Of a stretch of DNA of 64,000 bases, positions 8,925-18,691 are shown in pieces; the stretch's first letter is position 1; every line of letters begins with the position of its first letter. The notes under the pieces were generated by a model, which was given only the letters and a program-made list of their open reading frames with translations, was not told the origin of the DNA and did not search any database. Made by a program: the position numbers and the translations under genes. Where the stretch lies: positions 1-64,000 of IMG/VR virus record IMGVR_UViG_3300026518_000006; one strand, 5' to 3'.

Positions 8925-9830
8925 ATGAATGAGCCTATTGCTGTTGATATCGGATATAGTTCAACAAAAGTTTCATATAGAGGAAAACAGGTAAGATTTC
9001 CTACTGCAATCAGTTTTGCTACTGATATTGGTACTCAATTTGGGCAGGAGAATGTATATAAATTTGAGGGTGAAAAATATTATGTAGGACAAGAAGCTGT
9101 ATCAGAGGAGAGCTTTACTACTACTGACTACAAATTTCTGCGTAAATTTGCACCGCTACTAATCTTTCATATTTTGAAGAAATTTGACGAGCATAATCTT
9201 GATATGCCTATTGTTGTTAAAACAGGACTTGCCATCTCGGATTGGGATAAGCGAGATGACTTTAAACAAAGATTGTCAACTATTGAAGTTGATGGTAAAA
9301 AAATTGATTTACAGGTCACTGTGATACCTCAAGGAGCAGGGGCAATTATTGATTGGGTTAACAACGAAAATAATGGGGTTTACCCTGACAGAATTTCAGT
9401 TATAGATATCGGTCACAATACTATTAATTTTTTATCATATGTAAATGGAAGACCTGTAAAAAAAGACATTAGTGGCTACCCAGGACACGGCATATCATCT
9501 ATCATAAAGCCGTTTACAAATTATCTTGAAAATACATATAAAATGAATTTCAGCCAACAAGAAGCTATCCAAATATTCATAAAAAACAAGTTTATGTTTA
9601 ATGGTGAAGACCAAGAGAATGTTAGGGAAATGATTACTCAACTTAAAAAACAGTTTGTGTCTAAGCTTTTTAATAGTGTTTTGGTGAATGATAAGAAAAT
9701 TATCGGCATTAGTGATATTGTGCTTTTGGCAGGGGGTGGGGCTCTACTGCTTCAAGATGTAGACTTTCCCCCTCAATACAAAATTATACAAGAACCAGTG
9801 TTCGCTAATGTAAGAGGGTACGCAGTATGA
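8925..9830 (+). CDS. ParM/StbA-family actin-like ATPase
   Basis: IAVDIGYSSTK, PQGAGA, VIDIGHNT and LLAGGGA actin-fold motifs. Confidence 0.85.
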   Translation: MNEPIAVDIGYSSTKVSYRGKQVRFPTAISFATDIGTQFGQENVYKFEGEKYYVGQEAVSEESFTTTDYKFLRKFAPLLIFHILKKFDEHNLDMPIVVKTGLAISDWDKRDDFKQRLSTIEVDGKKIDLQVTVIPQGAGAIIDWVNNENNGVYPDRISVIDIGHNTINFLSYVNGRPVKKDISGYPGHGISSIIKPFTNYLENTYKMNFSQQEAIQIFIKNKFMFNGEDQENVREMITQLKKQFVSKLFNSVLVNDKKIIGISDIVLLAGGGALLLQDVDFPPQYKIIQEPVFANVRGYAV

Positions 9831-10423
9831 GTTCAGATAAAAAAACAATTGGTGGTAGTTTAGCAGGCGGAAGCGGTATTTTTGAACGCATTAAGGATGA
9901 TTTTTATGCGACTGACCCATCAAGTACAAGAAGTTTATTTGAAAATGCAGATATTAATGGGAATAGTTTTTATGAGCCTTGTATTGGACAGGGTCATATT
10001 GCTGAAGTAATCAAAGAGTATTTTCCTGATGCTGAAATTATTGGGAGTGATTTGGTTGATAGAGGCTATCCGAATACTATTGTTTGTGATTATCTTACAT
10101 CAAATCCAAAACAAGTAGATTGGGTTGTAACAAATCCGCCATACAAATTGGCAAAAGAGTTTGTTGATAAAGCATTATCCCATACTAACAAAGGTGTGGC
10201 TATGTTTTTAAAGATACAGTTTTTAGAGGGTATGGGCAGAAAAGAGTGGCTTCAAAATTCTCCTCTAAAATATGTGTATGTTTTTAGTAAAAGACAAAAC
10301 CCATTAAGAGACGGTCAATCTATCAATCCTAAAACCAACAAGCCTTGGGCAAGCACTATGTGCTTTGCTTGGTTTATATGGGAGCAGGGTTATACAGGAG
10401 AGCCAACTATTCGTTGGATTTAA
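9827..10423 (+). CDS. DNA adenine methyltransferase (NPPY)
   Basis: DFYAT, EPCIGQGHI SAM motif, VVTNPPY. Confidence 0.85.
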   Translation: MSSDKKTIGGSLAGGSGIFERIKDDFYATDPSSTRSLFENADINGNSFYEPCIGQGHIAEVIKEYFPDAEIIGSDLVDRGYPNTIVCDYLTSNPKQVDWVVTNPPYKLAKEFVDKALSHTNKGVAMFLKIQFLEGMGRKEWLQNSPLKYVYVFSKRQNPLRDGQSINPKTNKPWASTMCFAWFIWEQGYTGEPTIRWI

Positions 10424-10448
10424 AAATAACAAGTATAAAGGAAAAAAT

Positions 10449-10721
10449 ATGGCAAAAGCAGTACAAGTAAATTTTGATGACAACAGTCAAAGCATCCTAA
10501 AAGAAGTTGATGCTATCCATAGAGATAGTCTTATCAATATGGGGTTGGCATTAGTATCAAGAACAGAATACTATAAAACACTGACGGGAAAAATAAACGA
10601 TGATGTTTCTAAAGTGGCTTCACTTTCATCGTTAGATGAGCTTGAAAAAGAGCTTAATGAAGAGCCTGTGAAGCCAAAAACAGCCAATGCACCAACGAGC
10701 TCAGATTGGGATGATTTTTAA
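10449..10721 (+). CDS. small protein, candidate ParR-like adaptor, acidic tail SSDWDDF
   Basis: AAAGGA RBS and ATG 10449; N-terminal beta-helix-helix-like pattern; same operon as ParM-like gene. Confidence 0.45.
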   Translation: MAKAVQVNFDDNSQSILKEVDAIHRDSLINMGLALVSRTEYYKTLTGKINDDVSKVASLSSLDELEKELNEEPVKPKTANAPTSSDWDDF

Positions 10722-10794
10722 TATTTTGAGTTTTAACTTCTTTTAAAGATTATCCTGATATAATTAGGTATCTTAAAAGAGAAAAGGATTGAAA

Positions 10795-10962
10795 ATGCAA
10801 ATCAACTTTAAAGAGATGTTGAGATTGGTTCGGCTTCGTATGCTTCAAATTGATGATGCTTCTAAAGAGTATGAGACTTTCAACAAAGAGTGGCGTAACC
10901 TTAAAGATATTGAATCTTCTTTAGTTAAAATTATCAAAGAAGAGCACAAAAGAAATTTTTAA
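10795..10962 (+). CDS. 55-aa hypothetical protein
   Basis: Hand translation MQINFKEMLRL...KRNF; cassette-type RBS AAAAGGATTGAAA. Confidence 0.65.
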   Translation: MQINFKEMLRLVRLRMLQIDDASKEYETFNKEWRNLKDIESSLVKIIKEEHKRNF

Positions 10963-10980
10963 AAATTTTTAAAAAAGTAG

Positions 10981-11009
10981 TTGACTTTTGAAGAATATTT
11001 GGTTATAAT
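10981..11009 (+). promoter_or_regulatory. sigma70 early promoter
   Basis: TTGACT-17-TATAAT. Confidence 0.8.
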
Positions 11010-11131
11010 CGGGTATCTTGAAAGGGAAATACCCACAGAACTTGATATAAAAATAAAAAAAGGATTAGTATGGGGATTATAGCGATAGATGATGTAAGTT
11101 TAATAGTTGAAAAAAATAACAAAGAGCAGAG

Positions 11132-11998
11132 ATGAAAATTTTTGTTCCTCCTATAAAATCACAGGGTATTAAAACAAAGTTAGTTCCTTGGATTAAACAG
11201 ATTGTTCCAAAAAATTTTAATGGCACTTGGGTAGAACCTTTTATGGGAACAGGAGTAGTTGCTTTTAATATCAAACCTAAAAAAGCCATTCTCTGTGATA
11301 CAAACCCTCACCTAATAAATTTTTATAACTCTTTAAAAGATGAAACAATAACTCCTAATATCGTAAGAGCCTTTTTAGAAGAAGAAGGTGTTAAACTACA
11401 ACATATTGAAGATTATTATTATCAAGTTAGAGAAAGATTTAATGAAAAGCACAATCCATTAGATTTTTTATTTATAAATCGTGCAGGTTTTAATGGTATG
11501 ATTAGGTTTAATTCAAAAGGAAAACATAATGTCCCATTTTGTAAAAAGCCCGAGAGATTTTCCAAAGCATATATTACAAAAATAGTTAATCAAGTTGAGT
11601 ATGTCTATAAGCTTATAAAACAAAACGACTATACCTTTTTATGTCAAGATTTCCAAAAGACTATAAATGAAACAAATGGTAAAGAGATAATATATTGTGA
11701 CCCACCTTATATAGATAGACACACAGACTATTTTAATAGTTGGAATGAAGAAGATGAATATAAGTTATTTAATAGTTTAAAAGACTTTCAAGGTAAATTT
11801 ATATTATCCACTTGGCACAACAATAAATACAGAAAAAATCTCTATATTGATAAGTTATGGAGTGAATTTAATCTCTTTACAAGAAAGCATTTTTATCATC
11901 TTGGAGGAAATATAAACAATAGAAATAGTATGATTGAAGCGATAATTACCAATTATACTGTTGATATATTAGAAGAGAAAGAGATAAAACAATACTAA
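11132..11998 (+). CDS. dam: Dam-family DNA adenine methyltransferase
   Basis: [23 protein letters not shown]. Confidence 0.85.
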   Translation: MKIFVPPIKSQGIKTKLVPWIKQIVPKNFNGTWVEPFMGTGVVAFNIKPKKAILCDTNPHLINFYNSLKDETITPNIVRAFLEEEGVKLQHIEDYYYQVRERFNEKHNPLDFLFINRAGFNGMIRFNSKGKHNVPFCKKPERFSKAYITKIVNQVEYVYKLIKQNDYTFLCQDFQKTINETNGKEIIYCDPPYIDRHTDYFNSWNEEDEYKLFNSLKDFQGKFILSTWHNNKYRKNLYIDKLWSEFNLFTRKHFYHLGGNINNRNSMIEAIITNYTVDILEEKEIKQY

Positions 11999-12115
11999 AA
12001 TTCCTTTTTAATACAAATATTTGAAGGTTTGCAATCAAAATAACATATGACACAAATCTTTTCTTTAGTTATATTTTATTTTCTAAAAAAAAAGTTCTAA
12101 AAATTTTTAAAACAC

Positions 12116-12144
12116 TTGACTTTTAAAGATTATTAGGTTATAAT
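12116..12144 (+). promoter_or_regulatory. sigma70 early promoter (cassette-type)
   Basis: TTGACT-17-TATAAT with AAAGATTATT spacer. Confidence 0.8.
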
Positions 12145-12174
12145 TAGGTATCTTAAAAGAGAAAAGGATTGAAA

Positions 12175-12504
12175 ATGGCAAGACTTACTATTCACACAAA
12201 GACAGGGCGTTTGACAAGAGATGCACAAAGAAAAATTACAGAAGCGGTTGAACTCGACAGAAAAATTGCAGAACTTAAAGCGCAAGCTGATGGCATCAAG
12301 GTGCAACTCAAAGAGGCTATCGAAGCTGAAGGTATCAATGGTATTGAAACAGAAAACTATAAAGTTATCTACAAAGCACCAACGGTAAGAAACGGTGTTG
12401 ATACAAAAAGAATGAAGACAGAAGCACCTGAGCTTTACAAAAAATATTTGAAGACTTCTAAGGTGGCTTCTTCCATCTCTATCAAAAATTTGGAGCAAGC
12501 GTAA
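12175..12504 (+). CDS. conserved phage coiled-coil protein
   Basis: Coiled coil plus VDTKRMKTEAPELYKKY motif recognised from small phage proteins. Confidence 0.6.
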   Translation: MARLTIHTKTGRLTRDAQRKITEAVELDRKIAELKAQADGIKVQLKEAIEAEGINGIETENYKVIYKAPTVRNGVDTKRMKTEAPELYKKYLKTSKVASSISIKNLEQA

Positions 12505-12511
12505 TCTCTCT

Positions 12512-12721
12512 ATGAGGCTCTTCGGTAAATGTATATGGCATAGGTGGCGGTACAAAATCGTTGCCTATGATTATACAGATATATGTGTATGGTCTAATGG
12601 GATTGAGAAGTACAGACAATGTGAGGATTGTGGGATAACTCAAATTAAAGTTTCTGTACTCAAGAATGACGATACAGACCCTATAATATTTTGGAAAAAT
12701 ACTTCTCATAAAGTCTTTTAA
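12512..12721 (+). CDS. small Cys/His protein
   Basis: CIWHRW...RQCEDCG. Confidence 0.6.
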   Translation: MRLFGKCIWHRWRYKIVAYDYTDICVWSNGIEKYRQCEDCGITQIKVSVLKNDDTDPIIFWKNTSHKVF

Positions 12722-12840
12722 AATTTTCTAAAATCTTTAAAAGTCCTCAAAAAGTCCTCAAAACACACAAAAAATCTCTAAAACTACTTGACTTCTATTA
12801 AAGATTATTATATAATTAGGTATAAAAAGAGATAAAGGAC
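12722..12840 (+). promoter_or_regulatory. dispersed promoter cassette (palindrome degenerate)
   Basis: CTCAAA repeats; TTGACT 12788-93, TATAAT 12811-16; AAAGGA. Confidence 0.8.
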
Positions 12841-12844
12841 TCAA

Positions 12845-13573
12845 ATGACATTTAAAGACCTCTATGGAGACAAATCAAATGAAGTCTATTATGGAGACCT
12901 TAATATCTCTGATAAAGGATTAACTTCATTAGAGGGTTGTTATAAAAAAGTTGAGGGCAATTTTGATTGTAGTTATAACAAAATAACTTCATTTAAGTAC
13001 TGTCCTGATATTAGTGGTGACTTTTATTGTAATAGAAACAACATAGCTGCATTTAAGTTTTGTCCTGATGTTGAGGGTGATTTTGATTGTAGTTATAACA
13101 AAATAACTTCCTTTAAGTACTGTCCTGATGTTAAGGGTGACTTTTATTGTAATGGAAACAACATAGCTTCATTTGAATACTGTCCTGATATTAGTGGTGA
13201 CTTTAATTGTAGTGATAATCAAATAACTTCATTTAAGTTTTGTCCTGATGTTGAGGGTGATTTTGATTGTTATAATAACAAAATAACTTCCTTTGAATAC
13301 TGTCCTGATATTAGTGGTGACTTTAATTGTAGTGATAATCAAATAACTTCATTTAAATACTGTCCTGATATTGAGGGTAATTTTTATTGTAGTAGAAACA
13401 AAATAACTTCCTTTAAGTTTTGTCCTGATATTAAGGGTAATTTTAATTGTAATCATAATCAAATAACCTCATTTGAAAACAAATACTATTACCCTAATGT
13501 AGAGTTAGACAAAGACATTAAACAAAAATATATTGAGTTCGGTAAAAAATATTTTCCTCAGTATTTTATTTGA
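12845..13573 (+). CDS. leucine-rich-repeat protein 1 (8 x 20-aa modules), tag PQYFI
   Basis: Repeat [KQN]I[TA]SF[KE][YF]CPD[IV]xG[DN]FxCxxN; 60-bp DNA repeats. Confidence 0.9.
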   Translation: MTFKDLYGDKSNEVYYGDLNISDKGLTSLEGCYKKVEGNFDCSYNKITSFKYCPDISGDFYCNRNNIAAFKFCPDVEGDFDCSYNKITSFKYCPDVKGDFYCNGNNIASFEYCPDISGDFNCSDNQITSFKFCPDVEGDFDCYNNKITSFEYCPDISGDFNCSDNQITSFKYCPDIEGNFYCSRNKITSFKFCPDIKGNFNCNHNQITSFENKYYYPNVELDKDIKQKYIEFGKKYFPQYFI

Positions 13574-13619
13574 GTACTTTAGTTGAATACTTTAGTTGAA
13601 TACTTTATTTAAGTACTTT
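13562..13619 (+). repeat. 13-bp tandem array (TACTTTAKTTRAR)
   Basis: 4-5 units overlapping the LRR stop codon. Confidence 0.85.
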
Positions 13620-13635
13620 CCCATACCTCTTCAAG

Positions 13636-13755
13636 AGATTTTACTTTTTAAAAAGTAAAATCTTTAAAAGTCCTCAAAAAATACTCAAAAATTTCTAAAA
13701 CTACTTGACTTCTACTAAAGATTATTGTATAATAGGGTATAAAAAGAGATAAAGG
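13636..13755 (+). promoter_or_regulatory. dispersed cassette: 28-bp perfect palindrome + early promoter + RBS
   Basis: AGATTTTACTTTTT/AAAAAGTAAAATCT 13636-63; TTGACT 13705-10; TATAAT 13728-33. Confidence 0.9.
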
Positions 13756-14253
13756 ATGTATATGGATTTAAAGAAATTAAAAGCTATTTTAGTTACCACT
13801 TTTTGGAAGCAGAACGCTTGGCACAAGCACGGTGTTTTAGTTCATAGTTTAAGAGTAACTTGGGAGCTTTTCAAAAAGGGTCACTATAAGATGTTAATGG
13901 CGGGTCTACTCCACGATATCGGAAAACCTTTGGTTGCTTTTCAAAAACCTGCTGATATTAAAAGAGGTGAATACAGCTTTACTGACCACGAAGAAGCAAG
14001 TTATAATGTTATCAAAAATTGGTGGTTTATAAGTGATTACACAAAAACTTTGGTTCGTTACCACTATCTAATTCGTGATATGGATTTAGGTTTAAAAAAG
14101 GGTAATGGTAGATATGAGTTGAAAAAGCCTATTTGGGATAGCTTAGATGACAAAATGAAAGAAGATTTAAGACTGTTTCTTGAGTGTGATGACCTTGGAA
14201 AAGGAACTGACTTTGATGAAGTTATGGCTAAAAGAAAAGCTGAGAAGAAATAA
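13756..14253 (+). CDS. HD-domain phosphohydrolase (likely start 13762)
   Basis: H..GVLVHS, LLHDIGK, DHEE, final DD motif. Confidence 0.8.
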   Translation: MYMDLKKLKAILVTTFWKQNAWHKHGVLVHSLRVTWELFKKGHYKMLMAGLLHDIGKPLVAFQKPADIKRGEYSFTDHEEASYNVIKNWWFISDYTKTLVRYHYLIRDMDLGLKKGNGRYELKKPIWDSLDDKMKEDLRLFLECDDLGKGTDFDEVMAKRKAEKK

Positions 14254-14327
14254 AAAAAAAACTCCCTATTGGAAGTTGCTCTCTTTTAAAGATTATGTCA
14301 TAATAGTGCATATTTAAAGGAGAGATT

Positions 14328-14585
14328 ATGAATTACAAACTACAAAAGAAAGCTTTCAACAAAACATTAAAACTCACTCACGAAAACCTTGAAAAGAAGA
14401 TGTGGGATTACTATATGAGTCTTCCTAAAGAAGACCGAAGCAAACTTGGCAAACTCCTCGCACACCCTACCTGTAGTAGTACTCTTAAACGGTGGTATAA
14501 TTTTTGGGGCGATAAGATTGAAATGCTTGATATTCACAGAGAGTACTTTGAGTTTGTTCTTGAAAAACTCAAGACTTATAAATAA
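14328..14585 (+). CDS. hypothetical protein
   Basis: 85 aa; AAGGAG RBS; TTGCTC-17-CATAAT promoter at 14276-14304. Confidence 0.7.
   Translation: MNYKLQKKAFNKTLKLTHENLEKKMWDYYMSLPKEDRSKLGKLLAHPTCSSTLKRWYNFWGDKIEMLDIHREYFEFVLEKLKTYK
14577..14584 (+). promoter_or_regulatory. T4-type late promoter TATAAATA
   Basis: Exact match upstream of the 14604-18207 gene run. Confidence 0.7.
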
Positions 14586-14603
14586 AATAAAACAAGGACT
14601 ATT

Positions 14604-15047
14604 ATGTTTAAAGAAATCTTCGAGGAGAGTATTACCTCCAAAGGAAACAATGAGGCAAGAACTCCAAAAGAGCTTCCACAAGAGTATAAAAATATGGTAA
14701 GATATATACCATCAGGAGCACAGATAATTGCTGAACTTGATGAAAAAAGTCTTAAACTTAAAATAATTACTTCTCTTTCAACTCCTACTGCATATACAGA
14801 TTTTGTAAGAAATCACGATAAAGATTTAAAAAGAAACACTGAAAAATTTGTCAAAGATGTAGAGGCAGTCATTAATCTTAAAAAGGCAATTCACGGAGCT
14901 TACATATTCATTTCGGGTGGCGATGGGTACATTGACTATACTCAATCACTTGAACTTATAGTTAATAGTAAAACAGAAGGTAAAAAATTAGCACTTCTAT
15001 ATGAAGCACTATCATTTTACATTGGTAGAAAAGCCCCGATGAGATAA
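14604..15047 (+). CDS. putative internal head protein (MFKEIFEE N-terminus)
   Basis: Late promoter plus capsid-targeting-like N-terminus. Confidence 0.55.
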   Translation: MFKEIFEESITSKGNNEARTPKELPQEYKNMVRYIPSGAQIIAELDEKSLKLKIITSLSTPTAYTDFVRNHDKDLKRNTEKFVKDVEAVINLKKAIHGAYIFISGGDGYIDYTQSLELIVNSKTEGKKLALLYEALSFYIGRKAPMR

Positions 15048-15056
15048 GGATTTGAT

Positions 15057-15779
15057 ATGGCTGTAGATACATTTAGAATGAAGAGTACTATTGAAGATAT
15101 TATTAAAGATACTCTAAAAGAAAACCCAAAGGCTACAATGGCATATATACTCAACAACCTACACTATGAAATAGGTAGAGGTAAATATGACTCTGTAGCA
15201 GAAAAAGAAATTAAAAAAATGCCACTAAAAGATAGAGATGAATGGTTTAAGCGTTTAATTGAGCCGTTTAAAGTACCAAAAGGAAAACTTACTGAAAGTT
15301 TTTTAGATATGATTTTACAAGAATCTAAAACAATTTCAGAAGCACTAAACGAAGAAAATTTTTGCCAAACATTAGAAAAAGAATTCCGACAATATTTTCC
15401 AAATGGTTATTTTTATTGTGAGCGTGGACAAAGTTTAGGGTTGGAATACTTTACAATTGCCTTTGGGATGGTAAAAAATGAAAAAGATTTACCGCACAAC
15501 ATAAGACAAAATGACCCAATGTATCATAAAATTTTGGTTTATATCAATGGAGATGATGACCTTGAAATTAATGTTTTACAGGGTGGTTTATATGTTAAAC
15601 CTGAAGTTGGCTCTTGGAAAGCGATGGATTTAATAAAAACAGGGTTTAGAAATGTGAAAAAAACCACATTTAAAAACACAGAGAAAAAATTTAAAACATT
15701 CTTCAAAAAACTCCACACTATTGTAAAAGATAATCAGCATAAGTTGGCTTCAGATATCCCAACAAAATATTATATATAA
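15057..15779 (+). CDS. hypothetical protein, putative virion protein
   Basis: 240 aa; internal LTE/LQE/LNE gp21-type cleavage-like motifs. Confidence 0.6.
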   Translation: MAVDTFRMKSTIEDIIKDTLKENPKATMAYILNNLHYEIGRGKYDSVAEKEIKKMPLKDRDEWFKRLIEPFKVPKGKLTESFLDMILQESKTISEALNEENFCQTLEKEFRQYFPNGYFYCERGQSLGLEYFTIAFGMVKNEKDLPHNIRQNDPMYHKILVYINGDDDLEINVLQGGLYVKPEVGSWKAMDLIKTGFRNVKKTTFKNTEKKFKTFFKKLHTIVKDNQHKLASDIPTKYYI

Positions 15780-15801
15780 CAAAAGAATAAAAGGAAATAT
15801 T

Positions 15802-17952
15802 ATGCAACTATCAAATTTTAAATCATTTAAACAAGATATCAATGAAGTCTTAATTACATTTGGAAATAAAGCCTACCCAAAATTCGGAAACATTGTTATC
15901 TTAGCAGGCGGAGCAGGTTGTTACCCAAAAGGAACAGAATATTTTAACGGTACTTCTTGGGTACCAATCGAAGATTATGATGGGGGTAAAATTTTACAGT
16001 ATAACCCAACAGACGGTAAAGCAACACTAACTAAACCAACCGACTATATTGTTCTTCCTACTGACCAATTTTATCGTATTAAAAACAGAAGAGTTGACTT
16101 TGTTACATCTGAGACACACAAACATATACTTATCAACGAGAAAACAAACAAAAAAGAGGTTTTAACAACTAAAGATATTTATGCTAAACACAATACACTA
16201 TCAAGAGGAAATAAAGCTAAACTAATCACTTCTTTTGATTATAGTGGCGATGGAATAGATTTAGATGATAATGAGATTAAATTGAGAATAGCTGTAATTG
16301 CAGATGGTCACATTCTACCTGTAAAAAAAGGACATAAAGTAAGAATATCTTTTAATAAAGATAGAAAGATTGAATATTTTAAAGAACTTCTTATTAACTC
16401 AAAGAAAGATTATAAAGAATACAAAGAAATTATTAACGGTGTAGAATTTACGAGATTTGAATTTTATCATACAACAAATGAAAAAGAGTTCCAAGATTAT
16501 TGGTATAATGCTTCTAAAAAACAACTCAAACTTATTACAGAAGAGATTCTAAAATGGGATGGCTCTATATCAAATAGAGCGGGTAGAAAAGAAGCAAAGA
16601 GATTTAGTTCAAACTCTAAAAAGAGCATAGATTTCGTTCAATTTGCATTCCATAGTATTGGAAAAACAGCTACACTATCAGTTGATAATCGTGTCGATAA
16701 AAATATCAATTACTCTTTGGTTATAAATCATAGCGATGGTTTGGGTATTTCTAAGAATGATAGAGCTGTTTCCACTACCAAAATCGAAAAGGTTAAAGCT
16801 TCAGATGAGATGTATTGTTTTACTGTAGATAGTGGTTTTTTTGTAGTCAGACAAAAGGGTAGAGTATATGTTTCAGGCAATTCAGGCAAAGGTTATGTTC
16901 AAGACAAACTAATGGGAATAGAGGGGAAAGCACTAGATGTAGATTTCTTAAAAAAGATGGCTCTAAAAGCACCTGAACTACAAAAAAAGGTAAAAGAGAA
17001 ATTTGGAAAAGACCTCAGCGAATTCAACTTAAAGCGTCCTCAAGATGTGAAAGATTTGCACGAGATTATTAAAAAGATGGGTCTTTCAGATGCAAAGAAA
17101 GAAAACCTCTATACTTCTATTTTAGCAGGAAATCCCGAAAGAAAACCAAACTTAATCTTTGATGTTACCTTAGATAGTTTTAGTAAATTTGAAGAGATAA
17201 CAAAAAAAGCCGATGAATTAGGGTATAAAAAAGAAAATATTCATATTGTGTGGGTGGTAAATGATATTAAAGTAGCAATGGAACAGAACAGAGGGCGTGA
17301 CCGTATTGTACCTGAAGACATTTTGATTAGCACTCACAAAGGGGCTTCTCTAACAATGGATAAAATACTTTCGCAATCTAAAAAAATCACAAAATATATG
17401 AATGGAGTGATAGTTCTTGCTTTCAATAAAAAAGGTGAAGATAGTGTTGTTAGAAAGTCTAAATTGCCGAATATTGCAGATTTACAAAAAAAGCTTAAAA
17501 AAGCTGAGGATAAAGGTGATTTTGACGCTATGCACAGTATCGAAAAAGAAATCGAAGATTTCAAAGCTGAATACGGTAATAAAGGTATCAGACAAGGTTC
17601 AGGTGGTTTCTATGTAGTAGAAGCCAATTATGTGGTTGTAAAGGAAAAAGGAAAGCCTATTGATGAAAAGAAACTTGGACGAAAACTTCTTGTAAAAATT
17701 AAAGACTATACCCCAAATGAGAAAGATTTTCCTACCCCTAAAAAAGAAAGTCACGAAGCCGATGTAACTGATGTGATTGTAGAAAAAAACTCATTAGAAG
17801 CAATCCGTGAGCTTACTGATGAACTATCTCAACTAGGTAAAATACTCACCACAGAGTACAAAAAACAAAGAGAAAATCTTAAACACAATGTAGAAGATGT
17901 GGAAAAGAAGATGTTGGTTTTAACCAAAAAACTACAAAAAGAGCTTTCGTAG
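15802..17952 (+). CDS. zeta-toxin/AAA_33-like P-loop NTPase/kinase with an intein (about 395 aa after splicing)
   Basis: Splicing restores Walker A GGAG|SGKG; NLIFDVT; AMEQNRGRDRIVP. Confidence 0.75.
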   Translation: MQLSNFKSFKQDINEVLITFGNKAYPKFGNIVILAGGAGCYPKGTEYFNGTSWVPIEDYDGGKILQYNPTDGKATLTKPTDYIVLPTDQFYRIKNRRVDFVTSETHKHILINEKTNKKEVLTTKDIYAKHNTLSRGNKAKLITSFDYSGDGIDLDDNEIKLRIAVIADGHILPVKKGHKVRISFNKDRKIEYFKELLINSKKDYKEYKEIINGVEFTRFEFYHTTNEKEFQDYWYNASKKQLKLITEEILKWDGSISNRAGRKEAKRFSSNSKKSIDFVQFAFHSIGKTATLSVDNRVDKNINYSLVINHSDGLGISKNDRAVSTTKIEKVKASDEMYCFTVDSGFFVVRQKGRVYVSGNSGKGYVQDKLMGIEGKALDVDFLKKMALKAPELQKKVKEKFGKDLSEFNLKRPQDVKDLHEIIKKMGLSDAKKENLYTSILAGNPERKPNLIFDVTLDSFSKFEEITKKADELGYKKENIHIVWVVNDIKVAMEQNRGRDRIVPEDILISTHKGASLTMDKILSQSKKITKYMNGVIVLAFNKKGEDSVVRKSKLPNIADLQKKLKKAEDKGDFDAMHSIEKEIEDFKAEYGNKGIRQGSGGFYVVEANYVVVKEKGKPIDEKKLGRKLLVKIKDYTPNEKDFPTPKKESHEADVTDVIVEKNSLEAIRELTDELSQLGKILTTEYKKQRENLKHNVEDVEKKMLVLTKKLQKELS
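15919..16881 (+). mobile_element. intein (321 aa) with LAGLIDADG homing endonuclease
   Basis: Starts Cys (CYPKGTE); ends YCFTV...VSGN followed by Ser; IAVIADGH and ILKWDGS blocks. Confidence 0.9.
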
Positions 17953-17979
17953 CTCTTTTTTGGATAACAAAGGACTTAT

Positions 17980-18207
17980 ATGTTTAAAGAATTATTTGCT
18001 GAAGCCATCAAAAAATTAAGCGATGAATCAATGGACAAAATACTTAGAGGAAAAACAGTTCAAACATTTGATTACAATCAAAAAGCTATATATGCGCTTG
18101 GAAAAGTAACAGATGTATATATAGCAAAAGATAAAAAATTCTTTCATATAGAGCCGTCAGAAGAAACTGAAAAAATAATAAAAGACCTTCAACTTAAACA
18201 AAAATAA
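17980..18207 (+). CDS. putative internal head protein (MFKELFAE)
   Basis: 75 aa; capsid-targeting-like N-terminus. Confidence 0.55.
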   Translation: MFKELFAEAIKKLSDESMDKILRGKTVQTFDYNQKAIYALGKVTDVYIAKDKKFFHIEPSEETEKIIKDLQLKQK

Positions 18208-18274
18208 TCTTGTATTCAACTCCTTTTAATCTTTACTACAGTATACTACTGTATAACGATAAAAAGGATAAAGT

Positions 18275-18691
18275 ATGACATACAAAGACCTCATCAACAA
18301 AATTGAATCAAAAAATTACACACTCACTAAACTATCACAAAAAATTGAAAAAGAACACGCTATAGCTACGGCAATTAGACGAACACTAAAAACTCTCTTT
18401 TTAGAAGCTGTCGAAAAATCAGGCAAAAAATATATTGGTTTATATGAAATGGGGGAAATCTATATGGAACAACCATATAACTTTCGTATAGGAATGAGCC
18501 TTAGTGAGTTTAGAGATAACCTGAAATCTATTATATCAAAAGAAACATCTTTGGATATTTTTTATCACGAAAATATAGAAGGGCTTTACAATATGTCTGT
18601 TAGTTTGTATAAATTTAGGGCTTACCGTGATGTTCTTATTTCAAAACTTAATATATTAGATTACAATTATTTCAACGCTGAGGAGTTATAA
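18275..18691 (+). CDS. hypothetical protein
   Basis: 138 aa; AAAGGA RBS. Confidence 0.7.
   Translation: MTYKDLINKIESKNYTLTKLSQKIEKEHAIATAIRRTLKTLFLEAVEKSGKKYIGLYEMGEIYMEQPYNFRIGMSLSEFRDNLKSIISKETSLDIFYHENIEGLYNMSVSLYKFRAYRDVLISKLNILDYNYFNAEEL

Noticed and set aside
11070-11134. 21-codon ORF MGIIAIDDVSL... after the 10981 promoter
   Set aside because: Too short to support as a gene; may be a remnant or a leader coupled to dam.
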